25,900 bases of DNA, from assembly GCA_041657425.1 (NCBI GenBank), contig JBBABY010000012.1, forward strand, positions 9,284 to 35,183, written 5' to 3'. The translations under genes were made by a program, and so were the position numbers. The notes under the pieces were generated by a model. The model saw only the letters and a list, made by a program, of their open reading frames with translations, was not told the origin of the DNA and ran no database searches. Below are positions 17,657-25,442 of the stretch, piece after piece; position 1 is the stretch's first letter; every line of letters begins with the position of its first letter. This stretch comes from an archaeon (GTDB lineage Archaea; Iainarchaeota; Iainarchaeia; Iainarchaeales; CSSED10-239).

Positions 17657-19051
17657 ATGAAGTTAAAGAAGAAAGCGATATCTCCAATTATTACAATTAT
17701 TTTATTAGTTGTGGTTGCAGTAGTTATAGCTGGAGTTTTATTAAGTTGGAGTACTAATTTTTTTAACAAGAATTTATCCGCAAATTCTAATAAGATTTTA
17801 ACTGAGGAAAAAACAGCAGGATATTTTTTTATTAAAGAAGCAGCAAATAACAAGATATTAATAAATAATAAAAGTCCAAAAGACATTACAATAAGAAGTT
17901 ATAAAATTATAGATAATAAATTAACAGATGCAAATTATTTAAATAGAACAATTGGATTAGAAAATTCATTATTTTTAAAAAGTGGAGATGTTGCAAGTTT
18001 AGATATTGCTTGTTTTCCATCAGATTCTTTTAAAATTAATTTAAACACTATTGAAGATAAATATATAGAATTACAAGTAAACACTTCTGATTATGATTTT
18101 GCAGATTGTCAAAGATATGATCCTGCAATAAAAATAACTAGTTGTCCAGATGGATACATTTCAGTTCCAGGAAATGCAAATTATGCAATAAGTGGCTTTT
18201 GTGTACAGCAATATGAAGCTAGAATTGATGGAATAATTTCAAATGGAGTTTGTGATGAAGGAGTAGAAGAAAATTTATCTACTGCGATTATAAGATCTAG
18301 TTATAGTTTTACTCCAAGGGCAAATATTAATTTGTGTACTGCAAAAAAGATTTGTGAAAATTCAGGAGCACATTTAATTACAAATAATGAGTGGATGACA
18401 ATTGCAAGAAATCTTGAGCAAGTTTCTGAGAATTGGACAAGTGGAACTTTAGGAAGTGGAATGATTAAAAGAGGAAATATAGGATATATTTATGATGGTG
18501 GGAATTTTACGATTCCAGAAGGCGGGTATACTAAAGATAATGATAGATTATATGGTGGAGCTGTAGACTTTGGTGATGGTAGAGATGAATTGGCAAGATT
18601 AACACTTTCAAATGGAGAGTATATTTGGGATTTTTCAGGTAATCTTGCGGAATGGGTTGATTTAACAATAATTGAAAGTTGTGATGGAACTTGTGTATTA
18701 GGTAGTGATGATATGGGAATTCAACATGGTTCTCCTGGTTTTGATGCACTCGTAGATATGAATTGGTATGAGTTTACTGAATTAACAAGGTCTGGATCTT
18801 TAACATATCCTGATATTAAACCTTATAACGATTATGATTCTATAAACGGGGTTGGGAAGATTTTTATTTCTCCTGGACATTCAAATGATATAGTAGATCG
18901 TTATATGGAAAATAACGTTCATGCAGTTGTAAGAGGAGGAAACTATTCTGATGATTATGCTGCAGGAGTATTTGCTATGAATTTTATGTGGGCTCCAAAT
19001 TATTATAGTGATAAAACTGGATTTAGATGTGCAATTACTTTAGAAGAATAA
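17657..19051 (+). CDS. archaeal type IV pilin-signal (class III signal peptide) protein with C-terminal FGE-sulfatase / C-type-lectin-fold domain
   Basis: The N-terminus MKLKKKAISPIITIILLVVVAVVIAGVLLSW matches the archaeal Pilin_N (DUF1628-type) pattern K-A|ISPII plus a hydrophobic helix. The C-terminal half carries FGE/SUMF1-family landmarks: A..C...GAHLITNNEWMTIAR, GNLAEWVD, VVRGGNYSDD and GFRCA near the end. GTGG (17647-17650) lies 6 nt before the ATG. Confidence 0.75.
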   Translation: MKLKKKAISPIITIILLVVVAVVIAGVLLSWSTNFFNKNLSANSNKILTEEKTAGYFFIKEAANNKILINNKSPKDITIRSYKIIDNKLTDANYLNRTIGLENSLFLKSGDVASLDIACFPSDSFKINLNTIEDKYIELQVNTSDYDFADCQRYDPAIKITSCPDGYISVPGNANYAISGFCVQQYEARIDGIISNGVCDEGVEENLSTAIIRSSYSFTPRANINLCTAKKICENSGAHLITNNEWMTIARNLEQVSENWTSGTLGSGMIKRGNIGYIYDGGNFTIPEGGYTKDNDRLYGGAVDFGDGRDELARLTLSNGEYIWDFSGNLAEWVDLTIIESCDGTCVLGSDDMGIQHGSPGFDALVDMNWYEFTELTRSGSLTYPDIKPYNDYDSINGVGKIFISPGHSNDIVDRYMENNVHAVVRGGNYSDDYAAGVFAMNFMWAPNYYSDKTGFRCAITLEE

Positions 19052-19293
19052 TTTGAAAAAAACTAATTTACTATTTTATTACTAATTGTGGGACACAACT
19101 TTTTTCTTGGACAATCCTTATTTTAGTTGTCTGTAATAAAAGATAAATTCTAGTTTCTCAGAAAACATTTAATATAAAATATTTATTTTATTGTATAAAT
19201 TATTGGACAATCAACAATAATAAGCTTTATATACCTTTCATATATAGATATAGATACTTTTTAATATTACATTAAAAAAGGGGGGAAAGAAAC

Positions 19294-19335
19294 ATGGCAG
19301 CAAAAAAGAAAGCAGCAGCAAAAAAGAAAAAGTAA
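19294..19335 (+). CDS. possible micro-ORF encoding MAAKKKAAAKKKK
   Basis: 13 codons plus TAA, preceded by the only G-rich element of the spacer (aaaaaGGGGGGaaagaaacATG). It is very short, so coding status is unproven. Confidence 0.15.
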   Translation: MAAKKKAAAKKKK

Positions 19336-19433
19336 ATTGAATTATTTTAATGGAGGATAAAAGAATTTTTCTTTTATTTTCTTTTATTTTTTTAGTTTAA
19401 ATCTTTTTTTTAAATTTTCTAAAATTCTAATCT

Positions 19434-19445
19434 TCTTTTAATACT
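19434..19445 (+). promoter_or_regulatory. candidate TATA box for the DXR-like gene
   Basis: tcttttaatact lies about 27 nt upstream of ATG 19467, and no SD is present. The AT-rich context makes this weak. Confidence 0.2.
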
Positions 19446-19466
19446 TTTGATTATAATATAATTATT

Positions 19467-20618
19467 ATGATAACTAAGATTCTAGTTTTAGGAAGTCAAA
19501 GAAAAAAATCACAAGATATCATATCCTTTTTTTCTAAATATCCTAATAAATATAAAATTTCTGGATTAATGTGTACTGATGAAAAACAACTTGATTTTTT
19601 CAAGCAACAAATAAAGAAATTAAAACCAGAAGTGGTTTTCTTTCCAAATAAAGAACAGGCTCAGCAAATCGCTGAAGATTTTAATATTAAGTGTTTTTCT
19701 GATAATTTACAATATACTCAATTCTTGAAAATAAGTAATTGTGATTTAGTGGTTTCTGATCTTACAGGTATAGATTCCATAAAGTTAATTTTAGCAACAG
19801 TTGGAGAGTATAAAGATATTTGCTTATTAAATTTAGAACCAATATTGTATTCAGGAAAAATAATAATAAATGAAGCAAAGAATAAAGGCGTAAAGTTACA
19901 ATTTATTACTCATCAATTTTATTCATTTGATTTATTCTTTAAATATAAGAATAATTTAACAAATATAAATAAGGTTATACTTACAAATTATGATAGTATA
20001 TATGATAAAGAGAATTTAGAAAACTATGCTTCTTCAAGTAAAAGTTTATCAGAATTTAAAAAGATTTTATATTTTAAAAACAAAATGTGGTTAGGAAGAC
20101 ATTTGATAGTTCTAAGTAACGTTTATGATTTAGAATCAAATACTTTTGAATATTATAAATCAAATACAGATTCTTTAAGTTTAATTTTACAATTAAAGAC
20201 TGGAAGTAATTATTTTAATCTCACTGATAATAATAAAGAAGTAATTTATAATTATTATTATTTAAATAGTCAAAATACAGATATTAAATTAAATTTAGAA
20301 AAAAATATAGATATAAAGTTACAGAAAATAAAAGCTGAAGATATAATTTCTTTAGATTTAGCAAATCAAGCACTTAAGAAAGGGGGATCGTATCCTATAA
20401 TTTATCAAATGGCTTATGATCTATGTGCAGAAGGAATGTATCTGAATAAAATTAAAAACAAAAATTGTTTTATGAAAGTATTTACAGAAATGCTTGAAGA
20501 TAAAACCTTCTATTCTAAAAACGCAAATATTCAAACAATATTTGCACTATATGAAAGAGTAAAAGAAAAGATCAATGCAGATTTTATAAAAACAAAGAAA
20601 ACAGAATCTAAAAAATAG
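19467..20618 (+). CDS. 1-deoxy-D-xylulose-5-phosphate reductoisomerase (DXR)-fold homologue with degenerate cofactor and catalytic motifs
   Basis: 383 aa, alignable by eye to bacterial Dxr along its whole length. [16 protein letters not shown] aligns with LTILGSTGSIGxxTLDVV. [33 protein letters not shown] aligns with [46 protein letters not shown] aligns with [49 protein letters not shown] aligns with [35 protein letters not shown]. Confidence 0.65.
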   Translation: [383 protein letters not shown]

Positions 20619-21402
20619 CTTCTTCTAATTTTTCTGTAAGTATAATTTGAGAATTACTTTTTTGTTTTGCTTGTTCCAAAATAAGTTTTAGTTTTTGTTT
20701 ATCAAAAATCTCTTTTAAAGCATAATCTGGAATGATGTGGCCAAAACAATATTTTTCTTCTTTATTGAAAGTAAATCTATTGAATTTGGTGCAATAATGA
20801 GAACCCCCAATACCAACAGTTTCTATCCATCCATTTTCGTTTTTTATTTTTTCTTTATCATAGTTTTTAATTACTTTAATTAAGCAATCAACAACAAATC
20901 TAGACACAACAGGATCATTCCAAGCATTCTCTTCAGAACCGATTTCAACAAAGATTGTTGGTTTTTTTAAAAAAGGGCCATGATGAGTGGCTTCTTGCTT
21001 TATTTCATAGGCTATTGATTTAGGTTTATTATCATAAAGTTCAAGAAGAAGAGATCTAATAAGGATTGGATCAGTTTCAACTACTGTTTCATCAACACCA
21101 CCTAGTTCTGCTTTTCCCCAGTTTCCAATGGCGTGAACAGTAATAGAATGTGGTTTAGTTTCAGAAAGTGTCGAATGTTTAGAAAGAAAAATTATATAAT
21201 CTATCTCCTTATAGTTAGAAACTATTGAATAAAGATTTTTCTCTAAAATAAATATGTGCATTTCATCAATTTTACAAAGAAAAATAGAATTGTTTCCGTC
21301 TATAACCAATTGATTATCCTTAATTTCATAGTTATTAGTAAATGTATTGTAAAAGTTAATACTAGCAGGATCTTTTTCAGAAAACACAAGTAAGAAATTC
21401 AT
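20608..21402 (-). CDS. dtdA: archaeal-type D-aminoacyl-tRNA deacylase (DTD2)
   Basis: 264 aa with DTD2 family blocks HAIGNWGKAELGGVDETVV, EATHHGP, FVEIGSEENAWNDP, VGIGGSHYCTKF and FGHIIPDYA. Its 3' end overlaps the convergent DXR-like gene by 11 nt. Confidence 0.88.
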   Translation of the reverse strand: MNFLLVFSEKDPASINFYNTFTNNYEIKDNQLVIDGNNSIFLCKIDEMHIFILEKNLYSIVSNYKEIDYIIFLSKHSTLSETKPHSITVHAIGNWGKAELGGVDETVVETDPILIRSLLLELYDNKPKSIAYEIKQEATHHGPFLKKPTIFVEIGSEENAWNDPVVSRFVVDCLIKVIKNYDKEKIKNENGWIETVGIGGSHYCTKFNRFTFNKEEKYCFGHIIPDYALKEIFDKQKLKLILEQAKQKSNSQIILTEKLEEAIF

Positions 21403-21504
21403 ATATTATCAATTATTAGTATATTTTAATAAGATTATAAGAGAAACCATTTATAAATATTTTTAGTAAGTAAATATTATAGTAAATATATAATTAGTGA
21501 TTTT

Positions 21505-22521
21505 ATGGACACAACTCAAAAAAAAAACAAAAATTTCTCTTTTTTAGATATTGTAGTTTGTGGTCCGGACATGTCTGGGACAAGCACGCAAATAAATGAT
21601 ATGATTAATTACTTTGTATCTAAAAAGATGAAAATAAGAGACATACGTGGAACCGAAATGGATCTTTTGTTTCACGCAGAGATGTTTAAAGAATACAATA
21701 AAGATTTTATTTCATTAAAAGCTTTCTTAGATTCTGATAAATTCAATAAAGAAGACAAAAGTAAATTATTATTAGAGATATATTCTTTAATTTCTGGCTA
21801 TAAAAAAGAAACAGATCTTTTAGTTGGTTCCTTTAAGAAAAATAAAATTACTACTTATATTAATCCAAATTCTGCAGATGTTTGGGTTTCAGAAGAACCT
21901 ACAAAGAGAGGGGCGGGGCAAGTTAATAGAGTAATAGAGCAAAATAGAAGTTCTTATGATTTTGAAAGCACAGGGTTTTCAACAATTGACGGGTATTCAG
22001 CAGCGCTTGTTCATCAGGCATACCGAATTGACGAATTTTACAGAATTAGAAAAATATTAAGAGATAATAATAAAATAATAATTAGAAGTAGATCAGAAGA
22101 ATCTGCTTGTTATCAGATATATGATGAAAAAAATAATGTAAATGGAATAAAGATAGAAGAGTATATTGCGCTTCCAGGACATAAAGTTGCCTTTAGGTTT
22201 CCCCCAACTCATCTTTTTGTGGTTTGTGGCCCAGAGAATTGGGATAAAGAGAGTTATTTAAACTTAAAAACTATTAGAAGTAATGGTAGGATATTAGATG
22301 ATTATGAATTAAATTCAGATTATCAATTAATGGTAAATCAAAGATACGCTAGTGATTGGTTAAATCAATTTTATAAAAGAGGATGCAACAGCAATAACGC
22401 GGAATACTGCCCAGAAATCTTTAGATTTAGTATATTTGATTTAAAAGAAGACATTAAAGCAAAAATGTACCAAGAGTTAGATAATCTATACTCTCTTTGG
22501 TCAAAGAAAAGTTCAATTTAA
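21505..22521 (+). CDS. thymidylate kinase (Tmk)-family protein, divergent: P-loop Lys replaced by Thr, large insertion
   Basis: 338 aa. IVVCGPDMSGTSTQ aligns with IVIEGLEGAGKTTQ-type P-loops. VSEEPTKRGAGQ aligns with TREPGGT. ALVHQAYRIDEFYRIRKILRDNNKIIIRSRSEESACYQ aligns with [38 protein letters not shown]. The lid-like LKTIRSNGRILDDYE aligns with RARARGELDRIE. About 90 extra aa sit between the P-loop helix and the EP motif. Confidence 0.6.
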   Translation: MDTTQKKNKNFSFLDIVVCGPDMSGTSTQINDMINYFVSKKMKIRDIRGTEMDLLFHAEMFKEYNKDFISLKAFLDSDKFNKEDKSKLLLEIYSLISGYKKETDLLVGSFKKNKITTYINPNSADVWVSEEPTKRGAGQVNRVIEQNRSSYDFESTGFSTIDGYSAALVHQAYRIDEFYRIRKILRDNNKIIIRSRSEESACYQIYDEKNNVNGIKIEEYIALPGHKVAFRFPPTHLFVVCGPENWDKESYLNLKTIRSNGRILDDYELNSDYQLMVNQRYASDWLNQFYKRGCNSNNAEYCPEIFRFSIFDLKEDIKAKMYQELDNLYSLWSKKSSI

Positions 22522-22546
22522 ATATGCTTTGTAATTAAAATTATTC

Positions 22547-23287
22547 ATGGGTTCATTCCTAAATAGTTGGTTTAATAAGCCAAAGTCAAATAAGTATAAC
22601 GAAATATATTTACTTGTACATCCTTTGTTTCATTATACTCATGGGGGTTATAGTTATTGTGATTTAACTAGAATATCTACTCAACTCTCAATAAAAAGAA
22701 TATTAAATCAATATGGCCAAATTCTTCAAAAAATGAAAAATAATCCTAAGGCCATATATGTAGTTGTAACTCCGGGGTTTGATATTAATGGAGTTAAAAA
22801 TGAACAAAAAATCCCAGTATATACATTGAAAGAAAAAAATAATAACCTACAATTATTAAGAAGATTTTTTAATTTTGGAGAAACAGAATTAGGAGACCGG
22901 TTTATAGTTACTAATTTCGATTCTACAACGGAAGGAATGAAAAAATTATTTGAGAGAAAAATGTATGCAAAATTTGATAAACAAGTAAAATTAAAATATT
23001 TTGGAGAATATCAAGATGCTTGTGTCGAGTCTTGGAGTTCTTATGTTTCTAGAGAGTTAAATGAAAGAAAAATAAAAACAACCAAAGATCTATTGGTAGA
23101 TAGTACATTAGCACTTGAATTTAGAAATAGCGAAAGTAAATGGCGGAATATTCCTTTAACAAAATTAGAGAAAGGGATTTTAAAAAAACAAAAAGCGCAG
23201 TTCCAGAAAATCGACAAACAAAGGAAATCATTGATTAAGAAGACGGTAAATATTATTAACCAACATGCAAGATCAAAGGCGAAGTGA
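22547..23287 (+). CDS. hypothetical protein with basic C-terminal tail
   Basis: 246-aa ORF with no motif I recognise. Its stop TGA lies inside the GTGA SD-like element of glyA, which suggests translational coupling. Confidence 0.5.
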   Translation: MGSFLNSWFNKPKSNKYNEIYLLVHPLFHYTHGGYSYCDLTRISTQLSIKRILNQYGQILQKMKNNPKAIYVVVTPGFDINGVKNEQKIPVYTLKEKNNNLQLLRRFFNFGETELGDRFIVTNFDSTTEGMKKLFERKMYAKFDKQVKLKYFGEYQDACVESWSSYVSRELNERKIKTTKDLLVDSTLALEFRNSESKWRNIPLTKLEKGILKKQKAQFQKIDKQRKSLIKKTVNIINQHARSKAK

Positions 23288-23292
23288 TTATA

Positions 23293-24510
23293 ATGAATAA
23301 AATTAAAGAATTAATAGAAAAAGAAAAACAAAGACAGCAAGAAACAATTGAAATGATTGCTTCTGAGAATATTTGTTCAAGGGAAATTAGAGAAGCATGT
23401 GGTTCTGTTCTTACAAACAAGTATGCTGAAGGTTATCCTGGCAAAAGATATTATTCTGGTTGTGAAATTGTTGATGAAATAGAAACAATTGCAATTGAAA
23501 AAGCAAAAGAACTATTTAAATGTAAATTTGCAAATGTTCAATCTCATTCTGGCTCTTCTGCTAACATTATTGCTTATTTTTCTGTACTTGAACCTAAAGA
23601 CAAAATCCTTGGGATGTCACTTGATAGTGGTGGCCACCTTACTCACGGTTTTAAACTGAATTTCTCTGGAAGAATATTTGAAAGTCATAGTTATGGAACT
23701 GATGAGAATGGTTATCTTGATTATGATGCAATTCAGAAGCTTGCAAGAGAAATAAAACCTAAGATGATTGTTTGTGGAGCATCTGCTTATCCTCGAAAGA
23801 TTGACTTTAAAAGATTTAGGGAAATTGCAGATGATGTTGGTGCTTATTTGATGGCAGATATGGCACACATTGCAGGACTTGTTGCAACTGATCTTCATCA
23901 ATCTCCATTACCTTATGCAGATATCGTAACTTCAACCACTCATAAAACTTTAAGAGGTCCAAGAGGTGGGCTAATCTTAACAAACAATGAAGAGATTGGA
24001 GAAAAAATAAATAAAAATACATTTCCTGGCTTTCAAGGAGGTCCTTTAGAGCACATAATTGCAGGAAAAGCAATTTGTTTTAAAGAAGCTTTAAAACCAG
24101 ATTTTAGAATCTATCAAGAACAAGTTCTAAAAAATTCAAAAGTGTTATCAGAAGAATTACAGAAATCAGGTTTTAAGTTAGTAACTGGTGGAACAGATAA
24201 CCATCTGGTTTTAGTAGATTTAAGAACAAAAAATATTAGTGGAAAGAAAGCACAAAGTTGTCTTGAAGAAGTAAACATATCTATTAACAAAAATGCAATC
24301 CCAATGGATCCAAAATCTCCAATGATTACTAGTGGAATAAGGATTGGAACTCCTGCAATTACAACCAGAGGATTTAAAGAAGAAGAAATAAGAGCGGTTG
24401 CAGATTATATTAATCAAGTAATCTCAGACCCAGACAATCCAGAACTAAAATCCAATTTAAGACTTAAAGTAATTGAAATGCTTAAAAGCTATCCAATAGA
24501 TAAAATATAA
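23293..24510 (+). CDS. glyA: serine hydroxymethyltransferase
   Basis: Contains [47 protein letters not shown] and the PLP-lysine block [17 protein letters not shown] track starts at GTG 23284, but that GTGA is the SD-like element 5 nt upstream of ATG 23293. Confidence 0.95.
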   Translation: MNKIKELIEKEKQRQQETIEMIASENICSREIREACGSVLTNKYAEGYPGKRYYSGCEIVDEIETIAIEKAKELFKCKFANVQSHSGSSANIIAYFSVLEPKDKILGMSLDSGGHLTHGFKLNFSGRIFESHSYGTDENGYLDYDAIQKLAREIKPKMIVCGASAYPRKIDFKRFREIADDVGAYLMADMAHIAGLVATDLHQSPLPYADIVTSTTHKTLRGPRGGLILTNNEEIGEKINKNTFPGFQGGPLEHIIAGKAICFKEALKPDFRIYQEQVLKNSKVLSEELQKSGFKLVTGGTDNHLVLVDLRTKNISGKKAQSCLEEVNISINKNAIPMDPKSPMITSGIRIGTPAITTRGFKEEEIRAVADYINQVISDPDNPELKSNLRLKVIEMLKSYPIDKI

Positions 24511-24522
24511 AGAGAAATAATT

Positions 24523-24975
24523 ATGACAAAAATAATCGATTTTCAAGAAGCAAAGAAAAGATTAGATTTATCAAGTACACAACCAAAATCTAAGCAATAT
24601 TATAAATATATTAAAGAACAAGAGCAATTAATCGATTCTATTTCTGATTTAATAATAAAAAAATTAAGAGATGTTTATGTTTGTGAAAATCCAGAAGTTC
24701 ATTTAAAAAGAGTTTCTGAAATGAAGAAATTAACTAAAGTTTTTAACTCTGTATTATCTAGAATTGATAAAGCAGGTATTGAGTTCTCAGATAAAATATT
24801 ATTAAAAAGAAGAATGACTGAAAAAACCGAAAAAATAGAAACAATAAGACAAGCTTATGAAGATTTATTGAATGACATTATGAAATCAGAAATAATTCCA
24901 ATAGAAAGAATTGAAGAAAAAAAAGATAAGAAGAGAAAAGCAATTAGAGTAAATACAAGGAGAAATGTGAAATAA
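24523..24975 (+). CDS. hypothetical helical protein, tandem paralogue 1 (KIIDFQEAK ... KKRKAIRVNTRRNVK)
   Basis: 150 aa sharing conserved N- and C-termini and internal landmarks (YIKE..IDxxS.L, (A/S)GIxxSDK..LK.R) with the next ORF. Confidence 0.6.
   Translation: MTKIIDFQEAKKRLDLSSTQPKSKQYYKYIKEQEQLIDSISDLIIKKLRDVYVCENPEVHLKRVSEMKKLTKVFNSVLSRIDKAGIEFSDKILLKRRMTEKTEKIETIRQAYEDLLNDIMKSEIIPIERIEEKKDKKRKAIRVNTRRNVK
24527..24551 (+). repeat. 25-nt perfect direct repeat, copy 1 (CAAAAATAATCGATTTTCAAGAAGC)
   Basis: Identical to 24987-25011. Encodes the KIIDFQEA N-terminus of paralogue 1. Confidence 0.95.
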
Positions 24976-24976
24976 T

Positions 24977-25441
24977 TTGGACAGAGCAAAAATAATCGAT
25001 TTTCAAGAAGCTAAAAGCAAATTAAATTCAGTAGAATATAGATCTGCCGCACCTAAAACTTATAATCAATATATAAAAGAATTAGAAAATTCAATTGATT
25101 ATGTTTCAAAACTAACATTAAGAAATATAGATCTTCATAAGAAATGTAAGGATATAGAAGAATTTAATATAATTTCTAAAAAGATTGCTGAATTAAAAAG
25201 ATTATATGACCCCATTTTAATAAAAATAAAACAATCAGGTATAACCGAATCAGATAAAGAAATATTAAAAAGTAGAATTAGAATGCATAAAGAAACAGAT
25301 TCTGTATTAGAATTTATTTCAATGTCAGGTGAAATGAGAAGAGCACTTATGGATAAATCCCGAAAAAAAGAAATTGAAAAGAAAATTATAGAAAAAAAAA
25401 GAAAAGCTATTAAAGTGAATACCAGGAGAAATGTGAGATAA
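24977..25441 (+). CDS. hypothetical helical protein, tandem paralogue 2 (TTG start)
   Basis: 154 aa. TTG 24977 lies 6 nt after GTGA (24967-24970), which is embedded in the last codons of paralogue 1. It ends KKRKAIKVNTRRNVR. Confidence 0.6.
   Translation: MDRAKIIDFQEAKSKLNSVEYRSAAPKTYNQYIKELENSIDYVSKLTLRNIDLHKKCKDIEEFNIISKKIAELKRLYDPILIKIKQSGITESDKEILKSRIRMHKETDSVLEFISMSGEMRRALMDKSRKKEIEKKIIEKKRKAIKVNTRRNVR
24987..25011 (+). repeat. 25-nt perfect direct repeat, copy 2
   Basis: Identical to 24527-24551. Encodes the KIIDFQEA N-terminus of paralogue 2. Confidence 0.95.
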
Positions 25442-25442
25442 A

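Noticed and set aside
19089-19212. Short repeated words TTGGACAATC (19107-19116 and 19203-19212) and GGACACAACT (19091-19100; also at 21507-21516).
   Set aside because: Repeated 10-mers are expected by chance in 26 kb of low-complexity AT-rich sequence. No spacing or symmetry suggests operator sites.
18850-19466. DGR template repeat or reverse transcriptase next to the FGE-domain gene.
   Set aside because: The downstream 415-nt spacer shows no similarity to the gene's 3' end, and no RT-like ORF exists in the window. This is kept only as a hypothesis to test on the full contig.
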